In this document: one piece after another, positions 7,166 to 17,135 of the stretch
Numbering within the stretch: position 1 is the first letter of the stretch
Layout of the letters: each line of letters begins with the position of its first letter
From: a marine group bacterium Sva0996 bin134
Lineage (GTDB): Bacteria; Actinomycetota; Acidimicrobiia; Acidimicrobiales; Bin134
NCBI GenBank assembly: GCA_002239105.1
Contig: MPNQ01000017.1
Coordinates: forward strand, 378 to 64,377
Length of the DNA: 64,000 nt
Direction of reading: 5' to 3'
The notes under the pieces: generated by a model
The model's database searches: none
The model's input: the letters and a program-made list of their open reading frames with translations, nothing else
What the model was told of the DNA's origin: nothing
Position numbers and translations under genes: made by a program

Positions 7166-9088
7166 ATGAAGCTATTGGTTGCGCTGCTCCTTGCCGACTG
7201 CGTGCTCATCGGCATCGGCCTCACCTACCTGACCGGGTTGAAGCTCCGCATCGAAGAGCGAGTGGCCTATGGAGCGGTGCTCGGATTCATGGCGATCACC
7301 CTGGTGGGCTATGCCGCGGGCTGGGCCGTAGGAGGGCTGAGCGGCCGAATCGTGGCTGGGGCCGCGCTGGTGGCCACTGCGATTTCGGCCACCGGCTGGT
7401 GGAGGGGGGTCGAGCTGATCGGCGCTGAGTGCCGCGATTTCCGGCGCCGCCTGATGCGGCCGATCTCCCGTCCAGAGAACCCCGCTCCCCTTCTCATACT
7501 GACCGCCCCAGCTTGGGTGATCACCGTTTGGATCTTGAACCGGGCGTATCTGCCCGACGGCTCGGGGGGTGTACTGGCGGGCCACCTTTCGTCGTGGACC
7601 GACTGGCAGGCTCACCTCACCTACGCCTCGTCATTCGCCCACGGGGAGAACTTCCCGCCGGAGCTGCCCACCGCATTCGGGGTCGACCGCCTGCCCTACC
7701 ACTTCGGAATCGACTTCTTCGCCGCCATGCTCGACCGAGCCGGGCTGAGCGCCTTCGGCGGGCTGGAGGTGTCGTCGGGCTATCTGGCGTTTGCATTCGT
7801 GCCCACTCTGTACCTGGTGGGGGTGAGGCTGTTCACTAGCCGAGCGGTGGGAGTGGTCGCGGTGCTGGTGTTCACCCTGTTCGGCGGCCTTGGGTGGCTT
7901 CGCTTCTTTGGTGATCGGGCCGATGGCGGCTGGGGAGTCATCTGGGATCTGCCCACCGACTACACCCGCCACCACGCCGGCAACATCTTGATGGAGAACG
8001 CGGTCACCGGGAACCTCTTTCCTCAGCGACCGACCCTGGCCGGCTTCTCCCTCTTGCTGATCGCGGTGGTGCTCATGTTCGAGGCCCACAAGACAGGATC
8101 GCGCCGGCTGTTCGCCGCAGCCGGCGTGCTCGTCGGGTTGATGCCGATATTCCACGTTTACTCCTTCGGTATGGCCTTGGGGTTGGGCCTGATATGGGCG
8201 GTTTTGTCCCGCCGCTGGCAGTGGCTGCTGTTCGCTCTGCCCGCGTTGGCGTTCTCGCTTCCCGCGGCCCTGTGGATCAAGCCCTTGAACACCGAGATCG
8301 TGGTGGAGAACTGGGTAAAAGGCAGCTGGATGCAGCCCCCCGGCTACTCCGTCGACCAGGACAGCCTGCTCACGTTCTGGTGGCGAAACGCCGGGGTGTT
8401 CCTGCTGCTTATGCTGGCCGCCCAGCTGTGGAGAGGCACGATGCCCCGAATTCTGCTGTGGGGGTCCATCCCGGTGTGGCTGTGGCTGATCGTGCCCAAC
8501 TTCGTGCGGGTGGCCCCGTCTCATCCGTGGAACAACACCCATTGGTTCGTCCCGGTGATCCTGCTGGGGTCGCTCCTGGTGGCCGCCGTGCTGGTGAGGC
8601 TGGCCTCAATCGGCTGGCTCGGGGTGGCGGGGGCGGCGATGCTGTTCTTCGCCCTCACTTTCGCGGGCGCGCTGGACATCTGGAAGGCGGTGGACCCCGA
8701 GGTCAACGTTTGGCCCCACCCGATCGCTTCGGGTGACGGGGTGGCCGCGGGCGAGTGGGCCCGGGATCAAACGCCCCCCGACAGCGTGTTCCTGATCGGC
8801 TTTGAGCACACCCATCCGGTGCCGGCGCTCAGTGGGCGGCAGGCGGTGGTGGGCTTCGCCGGCTGGATCAACGATCTGGGGGTCACCGACTGGCCGACGC
8901 GCCATCAGCAGGCCCGCACCATGCTGGGCGGTTTCGAGGGCACCGAGGAACTGATAGATGCTTATGGGGTGGACTATGTGGTGGTCGGGCCGATCGAGCG
9001 CCGGGCCGGAGTCAGCGAGGAGTTCTGGGCCTCTCGGGGCGCTCTGGCGTTCTCCCGAGGCGAGTATGCGATCTATGAGGTGCGCTGA
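7166..9088 (+). CDS. Polytopic membrane protein, DUF2298 / TIGR03662 (YYYxG)-like.
   Basis: 640 aa with more than 10 hydrophobic segments. The motif FPPELPTAFGVDRLPYHFG fits the FPPxDPxxxG...YYYxG signature as I recall it. It is followed directly by a TIGR03663-like gene. Confidence 0.6.
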   Translation: MKLLVALLLADCVLIGIGLTYLTGLKLRIEERVAYGAVLGFMAITLVGYAAGWAVGGLSGRIVAGAALVATAISATGWWRGVELIGAECRDFRRRLMRPISRPENPAPLLILTAPAWVITVWILNRAYLPDGSGGVLAGHLSSWTDWQAHLTYASSFAHGENFPPELPTAFGVDRLPYHFGIDFFAAMLDRAGLSAFGGLEVSSGYLAFAFVPTLYLVGVRLFTSRAVGVVAVLVFTLFGGLGWLRFFGDRADGGWGVIWDLPTDYTRHHAGNILMENAVTGNLFPQRPTLAGFSLLLIAVVLMFEAHKTGSRRLFAAAGVLVGLMPIFHVYSFGMALGLGLIWAVLSRRWQWLLFALPALAFSLPAALWIKPLNTEIVVENWVKGSWMQPPGYSVDQDSLLTFWWRNAGVFLLLMLAAQLWRGTMPRILLWGSIPVWLWLIVPNFVRVAPSHPWNNTHWFVPVILLGSLLVAAVLVRLASIGWLGVAGAAMLFFALTFAGALDIWKAVDPEVNVWPHPIASGDGVAAGEWARDQTPPDSVFLIGFEHTHPVPALSGRQAVVGFAGWINDLGVTDWPTRHQQARTMLGGFEGTEELIDAYGVDYVVVGPIERRAGVSEEFWASRGALAFSRGEYAIYEVR

Positions 9089-9100
9089 ACTTTGGGAGCG

Positions 9101-10939
9101 ATGACCCGGGAGCAAGACCAGGCGTTGGCGAGTTGGAACCCGGTGGAGTTCTGGCGCCGCCGGCCCGAGACGGCATTGGCCATCGCCGTTGGCGTGATGG
9201 CGCTGGCCGGGCTGGTATTGCGGCTCGTCGAGTTGGCCGAGCGTCCTCTTCACCACGACGAGAGCCTGGATGCCTGGTACTCGTGGAAGTTCCTGGAGGG
9301 CACCTACGAGGGGTACGACCCGGTGTACCACGGGCCGCTGCGCTTTTTCCTGACGTCAGCGTTCTTCTGGGTGTTCGGGGAGTCGCACACCACCGCTCGC
9401 ATGATTGCCGTACTGGCCGGGGTGGGGATGATCATCCTGCCGTGGTTCTTGCGCCGGTCTCTCGGTCCGGTGGTGACCCTGACCGCCTCTGCGGTGCTGG
9501 CGTTCAGCCCTATCGCCCTCTACATGACCCGGTTAGGCCGGGAAGACTCGCTGACCGCATTCATCATCCTGGCGATGATGGTGGTGATAGTTCGGTTCCT
9601 GGACCGCCCCCGGCTGCTATTGCCCTCGATTCTCGGGTTCTTGCTGGCCTCGGGTTTCGCGGTCAAGGAGGCCACGTTCATTGCCGTGTTCATCTTCGGG
9701 GGTTTCTTCTTGGCCCTGCTGGCCGAACAAGCGGCCCAACAGAAGCGGTCGGGGAACACTGAAGGTCCGCAGAGCGGGGCCGCCGGGTGGTCGTGGATGC
9801 TGCCTGCCGGGCTGGTGCCCATGGGCATCGCCTTTGGAGTCAGCGCCTACTACAACGTGGAGGTATTCCTCACCCTGGGCATTTACGGGGTGCTCATGGT
9901 GGAGGTCATCTTGTTGCTGGCCAGTCCCCGCTCGATTTGGGACCTGCCGGTGGTGCGCGCCGTCCGCAGGGTGCCCGCATGGGGATGGGTGTTGGCCGCC
10001 GCGGTCTTCCTGTTCTTCTTCGCCCTGTGGTTCACGGTTTTTTTCACCAAGGCCGAGGGCTTCATGGACGGCTTCACCGAGGGCATCACCTACTGGCGAG
10101 GTGAACAGGACACCAACCGGGGCAGCGAGCCGTGGCACTACTACCTGTACACCATCCCCCTGTACGAGTACTTGGTGTGCATCCTCGCGGCGATCGGCGC
10201 GGTCCACGTGTTCCGCAACCCCACGTTTGTGGGCAAGTTCATGCTGTGGACCGCGGTGGCCAGCTGGTTCTCGTATTCCTGGGCCAGTGAGCGGTTCCCG
10301 TGGCTGGCGCTGCACATCTTGGTGCCGATGGGCTTTCTGGCCGGCTACGGCGTACAGGTGCTGTGGCGGGCTCGAAGAAAACTGTGGATGCTCCCGGTTG
10401 GGGTGATTCTGGCCGGGCTGCTGGCCAGCACGCTGTTCGTCTCCTGGAGATCCAACTATGTGAACCAGCGCGAACCCCGGGAGCTCTTGACCCAGGTCCA
10501 CACCACTTACGAGTATGTCGACACGGTGCATCGCATCGAGGCGCTAGATGAGTACAGCAGGTCGGTGGGCGAAGGGCCGGTGACGGTGGCGGTGGACACC
10601 GCCATCTCGGTGCCCAATCTGTGGTACTTCCGGGACTACGAGGGCCTCTGGTGGGTCGACAGCGCCTCAGCGTCGTCCCTGTCGGCCGATTTCGTGCTCA
10701 CCGTTCATCCAAGCGACATCCTCGGCTTGGCTCCTGATCTGGCCAGCCACCAAACCACCCGCATGCCGCTGCGGGACTGGTGGGCACCCCAATTCGAGTC
10801 GTATCACGACGGTTGGTTCTCCGGCTGGGGCAATTGGCTGGTGGACCGGGAAGTTTGGAATCGGGACACGCTGGGCAGCACCGACTTCGATCTATCTGTC
10901 AGCCCCCGAGCGCTCGACCTAGAGGCCCGGATGGCCTAG
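9101..10939 (+). CDS. TIGR03663-family membrane protein (GT-C / PMT-like N-terminus).
   Basis: Has the DE dipeptide (HHDESLDAW) and HGP tripeptide (VYHGPLRFF) near the N-terminus. It is polytopic and carries PWHYYLYTIPLYEY. ATG 9101 was chosen within listed ORF 9092..10939. Confidence 0.7.
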   Translation: MTREQDQALASWNPVEFWRRRPETALAIAVGVMALAGLVLRLVELAERPLHHDESLDAWYSWKFLEGTYEGYDPVYHGPLRFFLTSAFFWVFGESHTTARMIAVLAGVGMIILPWFLRRSLGPVVTLTASAVLAFSPIALYMTRLGREDSLTAFIILAMMVVIVRFLDRPRLLLPSILGFLLASGFAVKEATFIAVFIFGGFFLALLAEQAAQQKRSGNTEGPQSGAAGWSWMLPAGLVPMGIAFGVSAYYNVEVFLTLGIYGVLMVEVILLLASPRSIWDLPVVRAVRRVPAWGWVLAAAVFLFFFALWFTVFFTKAEGFMDGFTEGITYWRGEQDTNRGSEPWHYYLYTIPLYEYLVCILAAIGAVHVFRNPTFVGKFMLWTAVASWFSYSWASERFPWLALHILVPMGFLAGYGVQVLWRARRKLWMLPVGVILAGLLASTLFVSWRSNYVNQREPRELLTQVHTTYEYVDTVHRIEALDEYSRSVGEGPVTVAVDTAISVPNLWYFRDYEGLWWVDSASASSLSADFVLTVHPSDILGLAPDLASHQTTRMPLRDWWAPQFESYHDGWFSGWGNWLVDREVWNRDTLGSTDFDLSVSPRALDLEARMA

Positions 10940-10941
10940 GG

Positions 10942-11301
10942 TTAGCCGCCTTCCGATGGCCGCTCGCCGCCCAGCAGGCGGTTGAGCATCCGGGCTACCG
11001 GCCCTGGTTGGGGAGGCTCGTACCCCTCAGGCACCAGCTGGGGAGCGCGGTCGGCCAAGGCGGCCATCACCTGAGCGGGGGCGGGGTTCACCATCGAGGT
11101 GTCGCCCACCACGACCGTGGGAACGGTCTCATTGCCGTTGGACACTGAGCGAACGAAGGCGGCCGCGGCCGGATCTTCCCAAATGTTGTGCATGTCCATG
11201 GGCACTTCGAGCTTGTCCAGCTCTCTGTGTAGATGGGCGCAGAACCCACAGCCGGGCCGCCAATAAAACGTGATGCCCTCGATCGGATTTTCGGCGTTCA
11301 C
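10942..11301 (-). CDS. Mycoredoxin / glutaredoxin-like protein with a C-terminal extension.
   Basis: CxxC active site in FYWRPGCGFCAHL, and TVPTVVVGD. GTG at 11301 overlaps the upstream TGA (GTGA). Confidence 0.75.
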   Translation of the reverse strand: MNAENPIEGITFYWRPGCGFCAHLHRELDKLEVPMDMHNIWEDPAAAAFVRSVSNGNETVPTVVVGDTSMVNPAPAQVMAALADRAPQLVPEGYEPPQPGPVARMLNRLLGGERPSEGG

Positions 11302-12095
11302 GAAACGTAGGGCAAGGAGGAAACCACCCGTTCGCCCAGCTCGCGGTCGCCCTCCACGGTCACCAGGCCGGCGGCCAGAGCAGCGGCGGGATCGGTGCGG
11401 CCACAGCACAGCGCGTTGTAGGTGTCAACGTCGGTGTGCACGGTGACTGTGGGGTTTTCGGCCGGGGCCGACGGCTTGGCCCGGCCGTCGGCAACCGCCA
11501 CGCCCCGGGGCCCGTCAGCGTCGCCGTCTATGGCGAACACCACGGTGCTGCCGTCGGGGGCTCCAGCTCTCTTGCCCACCACAAAGCCCATGTTGCGGGT
11601 GTGCCAGTCGAGGCAGTGCTGGACAACCGGGCCGCTCAGATGGCCGGAGATATCCAGTGCCCGGCGCATGTCCTGCTCGTGGGCCCAGCAGTCGAACACC
11701 CGGATGTGCATGAACGTGCGGTACGGGGCGTCGCCGATGGGGGTGAAGCCCACCTCGTCCCATTTCTCATCGGGTAGGCCCCGCAGTATCTCCACCCGCC
11801 GGGAGCAGATGTCGTTCATCTCGGCCAGCACCTCTGAGCCTGGGCGTGATCGGCGGGGGGCGATCTGCCCCTCGTTGAAGGCGGCGATGCCTTCGAGCCC
11901 GCCCTCGGTTGCGGGGGGCTCTGGGGCCTCTCCGGCCAGCATCCGCTCAAGGCCGATGATGTGGCTCACCTGATCTCGCACCGACCAGCCGGGGCACTCG
12001 GTGGGCGTGTCCCACTGCTCGTCACTCAAATCGGCGCCGAGGTGGGCGATCGACGCCCACACTGACTCCAGAAGTTCTACTACCGGATCGCTCAT
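11298..12095 (-). CDS. Maleylpyruvate isomerase-family mycothiol-dependent enzyme (DinB/MDMPI N-terminal domain, TIGR03083-like).
   Basis: LSDEQWDTPTECPGWSVRDQVSHIIGLERML is the typical N-terminal signature. Confidence 0.75.
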   Translation of the reverse strand: MSDPVVELLESVWASIAHLGADLSDEQWDTPTECPGWSVRDQVSHIIGLERMLAGEAPEPPATEGGLEGIAAFNEGQIAPRRSRPGSEVLAEMNDICSRRVEILRGLPDEKWDEVGFTPIGDAPYRTFMHIRVFDCWAHEQDMRRALDISGHLSGPVVQHCLDWHTRNMGFVVGKRAGAPDGSTVVFAIDGDADGPRGVAVADGRAKPSAPAENPTVTVHTDVDTYNALCCGRTDPAAALAAGLVTVEGDRELGERVVSSLPYVS

Positions 12096-12129
12096 GCTTG
12101 CAGTCCTCCTGTGTTCGACCAGTTGTCCG

Positions 12130-12846
12130 TCAACTCAACCCGACGGTGAACGACCGGGTGTCGTGGTCGAGCATCTCCCGAACCGACTCAGCCACCGGTC
12201 CCCGGATCACGCGCCGGGTGCCAGCGAAGGCCTTCAATGCCAGTCCCTCGGCCAGCCCGGCCGCTTCGGAAATCGCCGCCTCTTCGAGCTCCTCGGTCGG
12301 AACCACCCAGTCCAAATAGCCTACTTCGGCTGCTTCGGACGGGGAATAGAGCCGGGCCAAGAGCACCGAGGAATGGACATGGCGAGGCGATAGCCGATCG
12401 CGGGCCAGCGTGACCACCGACGCCGGCAGCACCATGCCAATGGCGGTCTCGTTGAGGCCGATCTTGGTGGGCTCGTCGGCGCCGATGCGCACATCGCAGC
12501 TCATAAGCCAGATGGCCCCGGCGGCAAAAGCGTGGCCGGTGCAGGCGGCCACCACTGGTATAGGGAATTCGTACAACCGCACGAACAGGTCCATGCCGGC
12601 GCGGAACAGGCCGCTGGCCGCGTCAGGGCCAGACTGCATTACCTTCAAATCGAATCCGGCGGTGAACTTGCCGGGACGACCGATCATCACCACCGCTTTG
12701 GCCTCTTGCTCGGCTCGGTCCAGACAGTCGTGCAGAGCGGCGATCACTTCGTGGGTCAAGACATTGACTTTGCCGTCATCTAGGCGGACGGCGGCGACGT
12801 CGCCGGTCATCTCGTAGCTGACCGAGGGGCACGATGCTTCGGACAT
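12130..12846 (-). CDS. Enoyl-CoA hydratase/isomerase (crotonase) family protein.
   Basis: VAAVRLDDGKVNVLTHEVI...KAVVMIGRPGKFTAGFDLKVM...ACTGHAFAAGAIWL. ATG at 12846 was chosen to avoid running into the divergent ABC gene. Confidence 0.8.
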   Translation of the reverse strand: MSEASCPSVSYEMTGDVAAVRLDDGKVNVLTHEVIAALHDCLDRAEQEAKAVVMIGRPGKFTAGFDLKVMQSGPDAASGLFRAGMDLFVRLYEFPIPVVAACTGHAFAAGAIWLMSCDVRIGADEPTKIGLNETAIGMVLPASVVTLARDRLSPRHVHSSVLLARLYSPSEAAEVGYLDWVVPTEELEEAAISEAAGLAEGLALKAFAGTRRVIRGPVAESVREMLDHDTRSFTVGLS

Positions 12847-12851
12847 GGGCG

Positions 12852-13832
12852 ATGAGAATATCGCAGCGCTCATCGGTAGCATCATTAGTCGTGTCGGCTG
12901 CCATTTCCGCTTGTGGTTTGCGCCGCACCTATGGCGAAGTAGTGGCGGTTGACTCGCTCGATCTGGAGGTAGCCGCCGGAGAGGTCTACGGATTCCTGGG
13001 GCCAAACGGCGCGGGCAAGTCCACTGTGGTGCGGATGCTGTGCACTCTTGCTTCGTTGACCGCGGGGTCGGCCTCGGTTGCGGGCTACGACGTTGGCGTC
13101 CAGGGCGACCTGGTGCGGCTCAGCATCGGTGTGGCCCTTCAAGATGCCGCCCTCGACGGCAAGCTCACCGGGCGGGAGACGCTTATGCTGCAAGGCCGCT
13201 ACTACGGTTTGGAGCGGCCAGACATCACCACCCGTATCGAAGAGTTGGCCCCCCTGCTGGAGATGGACGCCATCGACCGGCGGGTGTCCACTTACTCGGG
13301 GGGAATGAAGCGCCGCTTGGATCTGGCCGCGGCGCTGATGCACAACCCCGAGGTGCTGTTTCTGGACGAGCCCACCACCGGCCTCGACCCCATCAGCCGA
13401 GCGGTGGTGTGGGAGCAGATTCGCAGGCTGAACCGAGACCTGGGCATGACCATCTTTCTAACCACTCAGTATCTGGAGGAGGCCGATGCGCTGACCCGCC
13501 GGGTGGGCATCTTGGATCATGGCCGGCTGGTGGCCGAGGGCACGCCCGATGAGCTCAAGCGAACGGTGGGCTCCGACGTGGTGGTGGCCCGAGTGGAGGG
13601 CGACCCCGACGTGGCCGCTCAGGCCATCGGCCAAGTGCCGGGCATCAGCCATATCGAGGTGTACGGCAACGAGGTGAGCGCGGCAACCGGCGACGGGGCC
13701 TCGGTGGTCAGCCCGGTGGCAGTGGCCCTATCGGCCGCAGGTGTAGAGGTGAGTGATCTGTCTATCCACCCCACCACACTCGACGACGTGTTCTTAGAGC
13801 TCACGGGAGCCCGGATCGAGGTGGAGGAATGA
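12852..13832 (+). CDS. ABC transporter ATP-binding protein (DrrA / ABC-2 type).
   Basis: Walker A GPNGAGKST, signature YSGGMKRRL, Walker B LFLDEPTTGLD. The start is uncertain (ATG 12852 or GTG 12891). Confidence 0.9.
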   Translation: MRISQRSSVASLVVSAAISACGLRRTYGEVVAVDSLDLEVAAGEVYGFLGPNGAGKSTVVRMLCTLASLTAGSASVAGYDVGVQGDLVRLSIGVALQDAALDGKLTGRETLMLQGRYYGLERPDITTRIEELAPLLEMDAIDRRVSTYSGGMKRRLDLAAALMHNPEVLFLDEPTTGLDPISRAVVWEQIRRLNRDLGMTIFLTTQYLEEADALTRRVGILDHGRLVAEGTPDELKRTVGSDVVVARVEGDPDVAAQAIGQVPGISHIEVYGNEVSAATGDGASVVSPVAVALSAAGVEVSDLSIHPTTLDDVFLELTGARIEVEE

Positions 13833-14647
13833 GCGAGGCCGCCCCCGCCGCCCTGCCTGCCACCGACGTGGTGAGGGCCCAGCCGTCGGGGTTCTTCAGC
13901 GACATGGCCTCGGTGTCCAGCCGGGCGCTGCGGCTTTTGCCCCGCGATCTGGAGGCGATCATCCCCGCCATGCTGATCCCCCTGTTCTTCCTAATGGTCA
14001 CCATCGGGGCCATCCAGAACCTGGCCGGCGATGTGGTCTCCGATATCGACTACAAGGCCTTCCAGTTGCCGGTGGCCATCATGACCGCGGTGACCGGCAT
14101 GTCCCGGGCCAATGCCTTGGTGATCGACATCTCCGAGGGCTACTTCGACCGGCTGCTGTTGACCCCGGTGAACCGCTATGCCCTGCTGCTGGGCCTGATG
14201 GTGGCCGACTTCACATTGTTCGTGGTGATGGCGGTGCCGGTAATCGTCCTGGGCTTCGCCATCGGGGTGAGCTTCGGGGCCACCGGGGTGTTGGGTCTCT
14301 TGGTGTTCGTGCTGTTCGGGGCGCTGTGGGGGTTGGCCTTCACCGGCTTTCCCTACGCCATTGCACTGCGCACCGGGAATCCGGGAGCGGTCAACTCCAG
14401 CTTCTTGCTGTTCTTCCCCTTCATGTTTCTGACCACCGCCTGGGTGAGCCGAGACGTGATGACCGACTGGCTGGCTGCCATCACCTGGTTCAACCCCATG
14501 ACCTATGCCCTGGAGGGAATGCGCTCGCTGTTCTCGGGCTGGGACGGCTGGGCGCTGGGGCGGGCGCTGCTGGCCATCGCCGTGGTGGGACTTTTGGCCC
14601 AAACACTGGCCTTCCGGTCGTTGCGGGGCCGCATCCGCCGCGGCTGA
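13829..14647 (+). CDS. ABC-2 type transporter permease.
   Basis: ATGA overlap with the ATPase gene; six hydrophobic segments; 272 aa. Confidence 0.85.
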   Translation: MSEAAPAALPATDVVRAQPSGFFSDMASVSSRALRLLPRDLEAIIPAMLIPLFFLMVTIGAIQNLAGDVVSDIDYKAFQLPVAIMTAVTGMSRANALVIDISEGYFDRLLLTPVNRYALLLGLMVADFTLFVVMAVPVIVLGFAIGVSFGATGVLGLLVFVLFGALWGLAFTGFPYAIALRTGNPGAVNSSFLLFFPFMFLTTAWVSRDVMTDWLAAITWFNPMTYALEGMRSLFSGWDGWALGRALLAIAVVGLLAQTLAFRSLRGRIRRG

Positions 14648-14712
14648 TACCGGTCCCAAATGAGGCTTCTGGGCGATGGTGGCCGGGGTCGGGCTCGGGT
14701 AGGCTGGTGGCC

Positions 14713-15336
14713 GTGAGCGAAACCGTGGAAGCCCAAATGTTCGAGATCACCGAGGCGGCCATTGCCAAGGTGCTTGAGATCCGGTCCAACGAGGATGATC
14801 CCGAAGCCCTCGGCCTGCGCATCGAGATCACCGGGGTCAGCGGCGCTGATTACACCTACGACCTGGCGTTTGAGGAGGTGGCCGATTGCACGGAAGGTCA
14901 CCGCCACATCACTTCTGATGGTCTTACCATTATGATCCCCGAGGAATCGGTGGAGAACCTCACCGGCGGCACCCTGGATCTGCCCAACAACCCCATGCAA
15001 GGCGGGCTGGTTATCCGCAACCCCAACAAGCCCGATCTCTTGGAGGGTGCCGACCTAGAGCTCAGCGGCACAATCCCCGAGAAGCTCCAGCAGCTCCTCG
15101 ACCAGCACATCAATCCCTCGCTGGCCTCCCACGGGGGCTTCGCCAACTTGTTGGGAGTTGAGGGGCACACCGCTTACATCACCATGGGCGGCGGCTGCCA
15201 GGGATGCGCTATGAGCGCAGCCACCCTGCGGGAGGGCATCACGGTGATGATCACCGAGGCCATCCCCGAGATCACCGAAGTGGTGGACGCCACCGACCAT
15301 GAGGCAGGCGACAACCCGTATTTCGCACGCGCCTGA
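14713..15336 (+). CDS. NfuA-like Fe-S cluster carrier (HesB/IscA-like N-domain plus NifU C-terminal domain).
   Basis: FEITEAAIAKVLEI...LRIEITG at the N-terminus, and INPSLASHGGFANLLGVEGHTAYITMGGGCQGC at the C-terminus. The start is GTG 14713 or ATG 14737. The upstream part of listed ORF 14326.. overlaps the permease. Confidence 0.85.
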   Translation: MSETVEAQMFEITEAAIAKVLEIRSNEDDPEALGLRIEITGVSGADYTYDLAFEEVADCTEGHRHITSDGLTIMIPEESVENLTGGTLDLPNNPMQGGLVIRNPNKPDLLEGADLELSGTIPEKLQQLLDQHINPSLASHGGFANLLGVEGHTAYITMGGGCQGCAMSAATLREGITVMITEAIPEITEVVDATDHEAGDNPYFARA

Positions 15337-15403
15337 TCCCCTTTTCTTCATCGGAAGCACTCGTGGGGTAGGTGCTGTCATCGCGGCCTGAAAGAATGGC
15401 CCC

Positions 15404-17101
15404 ATGCTTGATCTTCTGATTCGCGGGGGCACTGTTGTCGACGGGACTGGGGCGGCGCCGACCGCGGCCGATGTGGCGGTTTCGGGCGGGCAGGTGACCG
15501 CCGTCGAGAGCCGAATCGACGCCGACGCCGCCGAGGTGATCGACGCGGCGGGCCGATATGTGACACCTGGGTTTGTCGATGTCCACACCCACTACGACGG
15601 GCAGGCCACCTGGGATCCCATCATGGCCCCCTCGGCATGGCATGGAGTGACCACGGTGGTGATGGGCAACTGTGGGGTGGGATTCGCCCCTGCCGATCCC
15701 AGCCGCCACGACTGGCTGATCGAGCTGATGGAGGGCGTGGAAGACATTCCCGGCGCAGCCCTCCATGAGGGGATCACTTGGCGATGGGAGACCTTTCCCG
15801 AGTATCTGGACGAGCTGGAGCGGATGGGCCGCACCATCGACGTGGCCGCCCAAGTGCCTCACGGCGCAGTGCGGGCTTATGTGATGGGCGACCGAGGGGC
15901 AACTACCGAGTCGGCCTCCGCGACCGAGTTGGCCGAGATGGCCCGCATCGTGGGCGAGGGAACCCAGGCCGGTGCGGTGGCGTTCTCCACCAACCGGCTG
16001 CCGATGCATACCTCGCTGTCGGGGGTGCCGGTGCCGGGGACGTTCGCCGACCACGAAGAGCTGGCCGCCATCATGAGTGCGCTCGACGGCCAGTCGCTGG
16101 TGGAGGTAGTTCCGGCCGGCTCGATGGGGGAGGATCCCGATGCTCCCATCCGCGAGGTGGAGCTCTACCGGCGCCTCAGCCTGGAGACCGGTCGGGCCAT
16201 CACCTTCACCATGGTCCAGGTCCACGTCAACCCCGGCCAGTGGCGCCAGCAGATGGACATCGTGGAGCGGGCCAACGCCGAGGGGGCCAAGCTGGTGCCC
16301 CAGGTGCAGGGACGCCCCGGCGGGCTGCTGGCCGGATGGGACCAGTTCAACCCGTTCAAGAAGCGGCCCACCTATGAGCCGCTCGACCATCTCCCGCTGG
16401 AGGAGCGGCTGGTTGAGCTGCGCCGCCCCGAGGTGCGGTCTGCCATTTTGTCTGAGAACATTCCGGGCGATCCGGCCATGGGCATCCTGCGCCACTCCCT
16501 CCATGCCACGTTCCCCTTCGACGGTGGGCCGGTGTTCGAGCCCGACCCGTCTGAGTCGCTGGCCGCTATGGCCGAAAACACCGGGGCCGATGTGATCGAG
16601 CTGGTGTACGACCTGATGTGCGAGCGGGGAATGCTCCAGGTGTTCTTCACCGGCTATCGCCACGGCGACCTGGAGGACCTGCGGGAGATGATGGTGCACC
16701 CCATGACAGTGGTTGGGCTGGCCGACGGCGGGGCCCATTGCAGTGTGATCTCCGACGCAAGCCTGCCCACCTACATGCTCCAGCACTGGGTGCGCGACCG
16801 GCAGCGGGGACCGAAGCTGTCCATCGCCGAGGCGGTGAGGATGCTCACCGCCGAGCCGGCCGAGCTGTACGGCTTCGATGATCGTGGGGTGCTGGCCGCG
16901 GGCAAGAGGGCCGACGTCAACGTGATCGACCTCGACGCCATGAGCCTCCACCTGCCCGAGGTAGTGGGCGACCTGCCCACCGGGGCCTGCCGTCTGCTGC
17001 AATCAGCAGACGGGTACGACGCCACCATCTGCGCCGGAGAGGTGACATTCCGAGAAGGCCAGCCCACCGGCGCACGCCCCGGCACACTCATCCGCAGTTA
17101 G
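15404..17101 (+). CDS. N-acyl-D-amino-acid deacylase (D-aminoacylase) family amidohydrolase.
   Basis: [16 protein letters not shown]...[14 protein letters not shown]; 565 aa. Confidence 0.85.
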   Translation: MLDLLIRGGTVVDGTGAAPTAADVAVSGGQVTAVESRIDADAAEVIDAAGRYVTPGFVDVHTHYDGQATWDPIMAPSAWHGVTTVVMGNCGVGFAPADPSRHDWLIELMEGVEDIPGAALHEGITWRWETFPEYLDELERMGRTIDVAAQVPHGAVRAYVMGDRGATTESASATELAEMARIVGEGTQAGAVAFSTNRLPMHTSLSGVPVPGTFADHEELAAIMSALDGQSLVEVVPAGSMGEDPDAPIREVELYRRLSLETGRAITFTMVQVHVNPGQWRQQMDIVERANAEGAKLVPQVQGRPGGLLAGWDQFNPFKKRPTYEPLDHLPLEERLVELRRPEVRSAILSENIPGDPAMGILRHSLHATFPFDGGPVFEPDPSESLAAMAENTGADVIELVYDLMCERGMLQVFFTGYRHGDLEDLREMMVHPMTVVGLADGGAHCSVISDASLPTYMLQHWVRDRQRGPKLSIAEAVRMLTAEPAELYGFDDRGVLAAGKRADVNVIDLDAMSLHLPEVVGDLPTGACRLLQSADGYDATICAGEVTFREGQPTGARPGTLIRS

Positions 17102-17135
17102 CGCCGGCCCTCGAGCGGCGAACTCCGAGGTAGCT

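Noticed and set aside
15272-17002. 576-aa minus-strand ORF, and similar long antisense ORFs: 7631..8542, 9617..10531, 23770..25152, 25940..27427, 44594..45862, 46547..47566, 47651..48484, 58184..59053 and 60213..61751.
   Set aside because: Each lies opposite a gene with unmistakable family motifs. Their translations are Arg/Gly/His/Pro-rich low complexity, as expected for stop-poor shadow frames in high-GC DNA.
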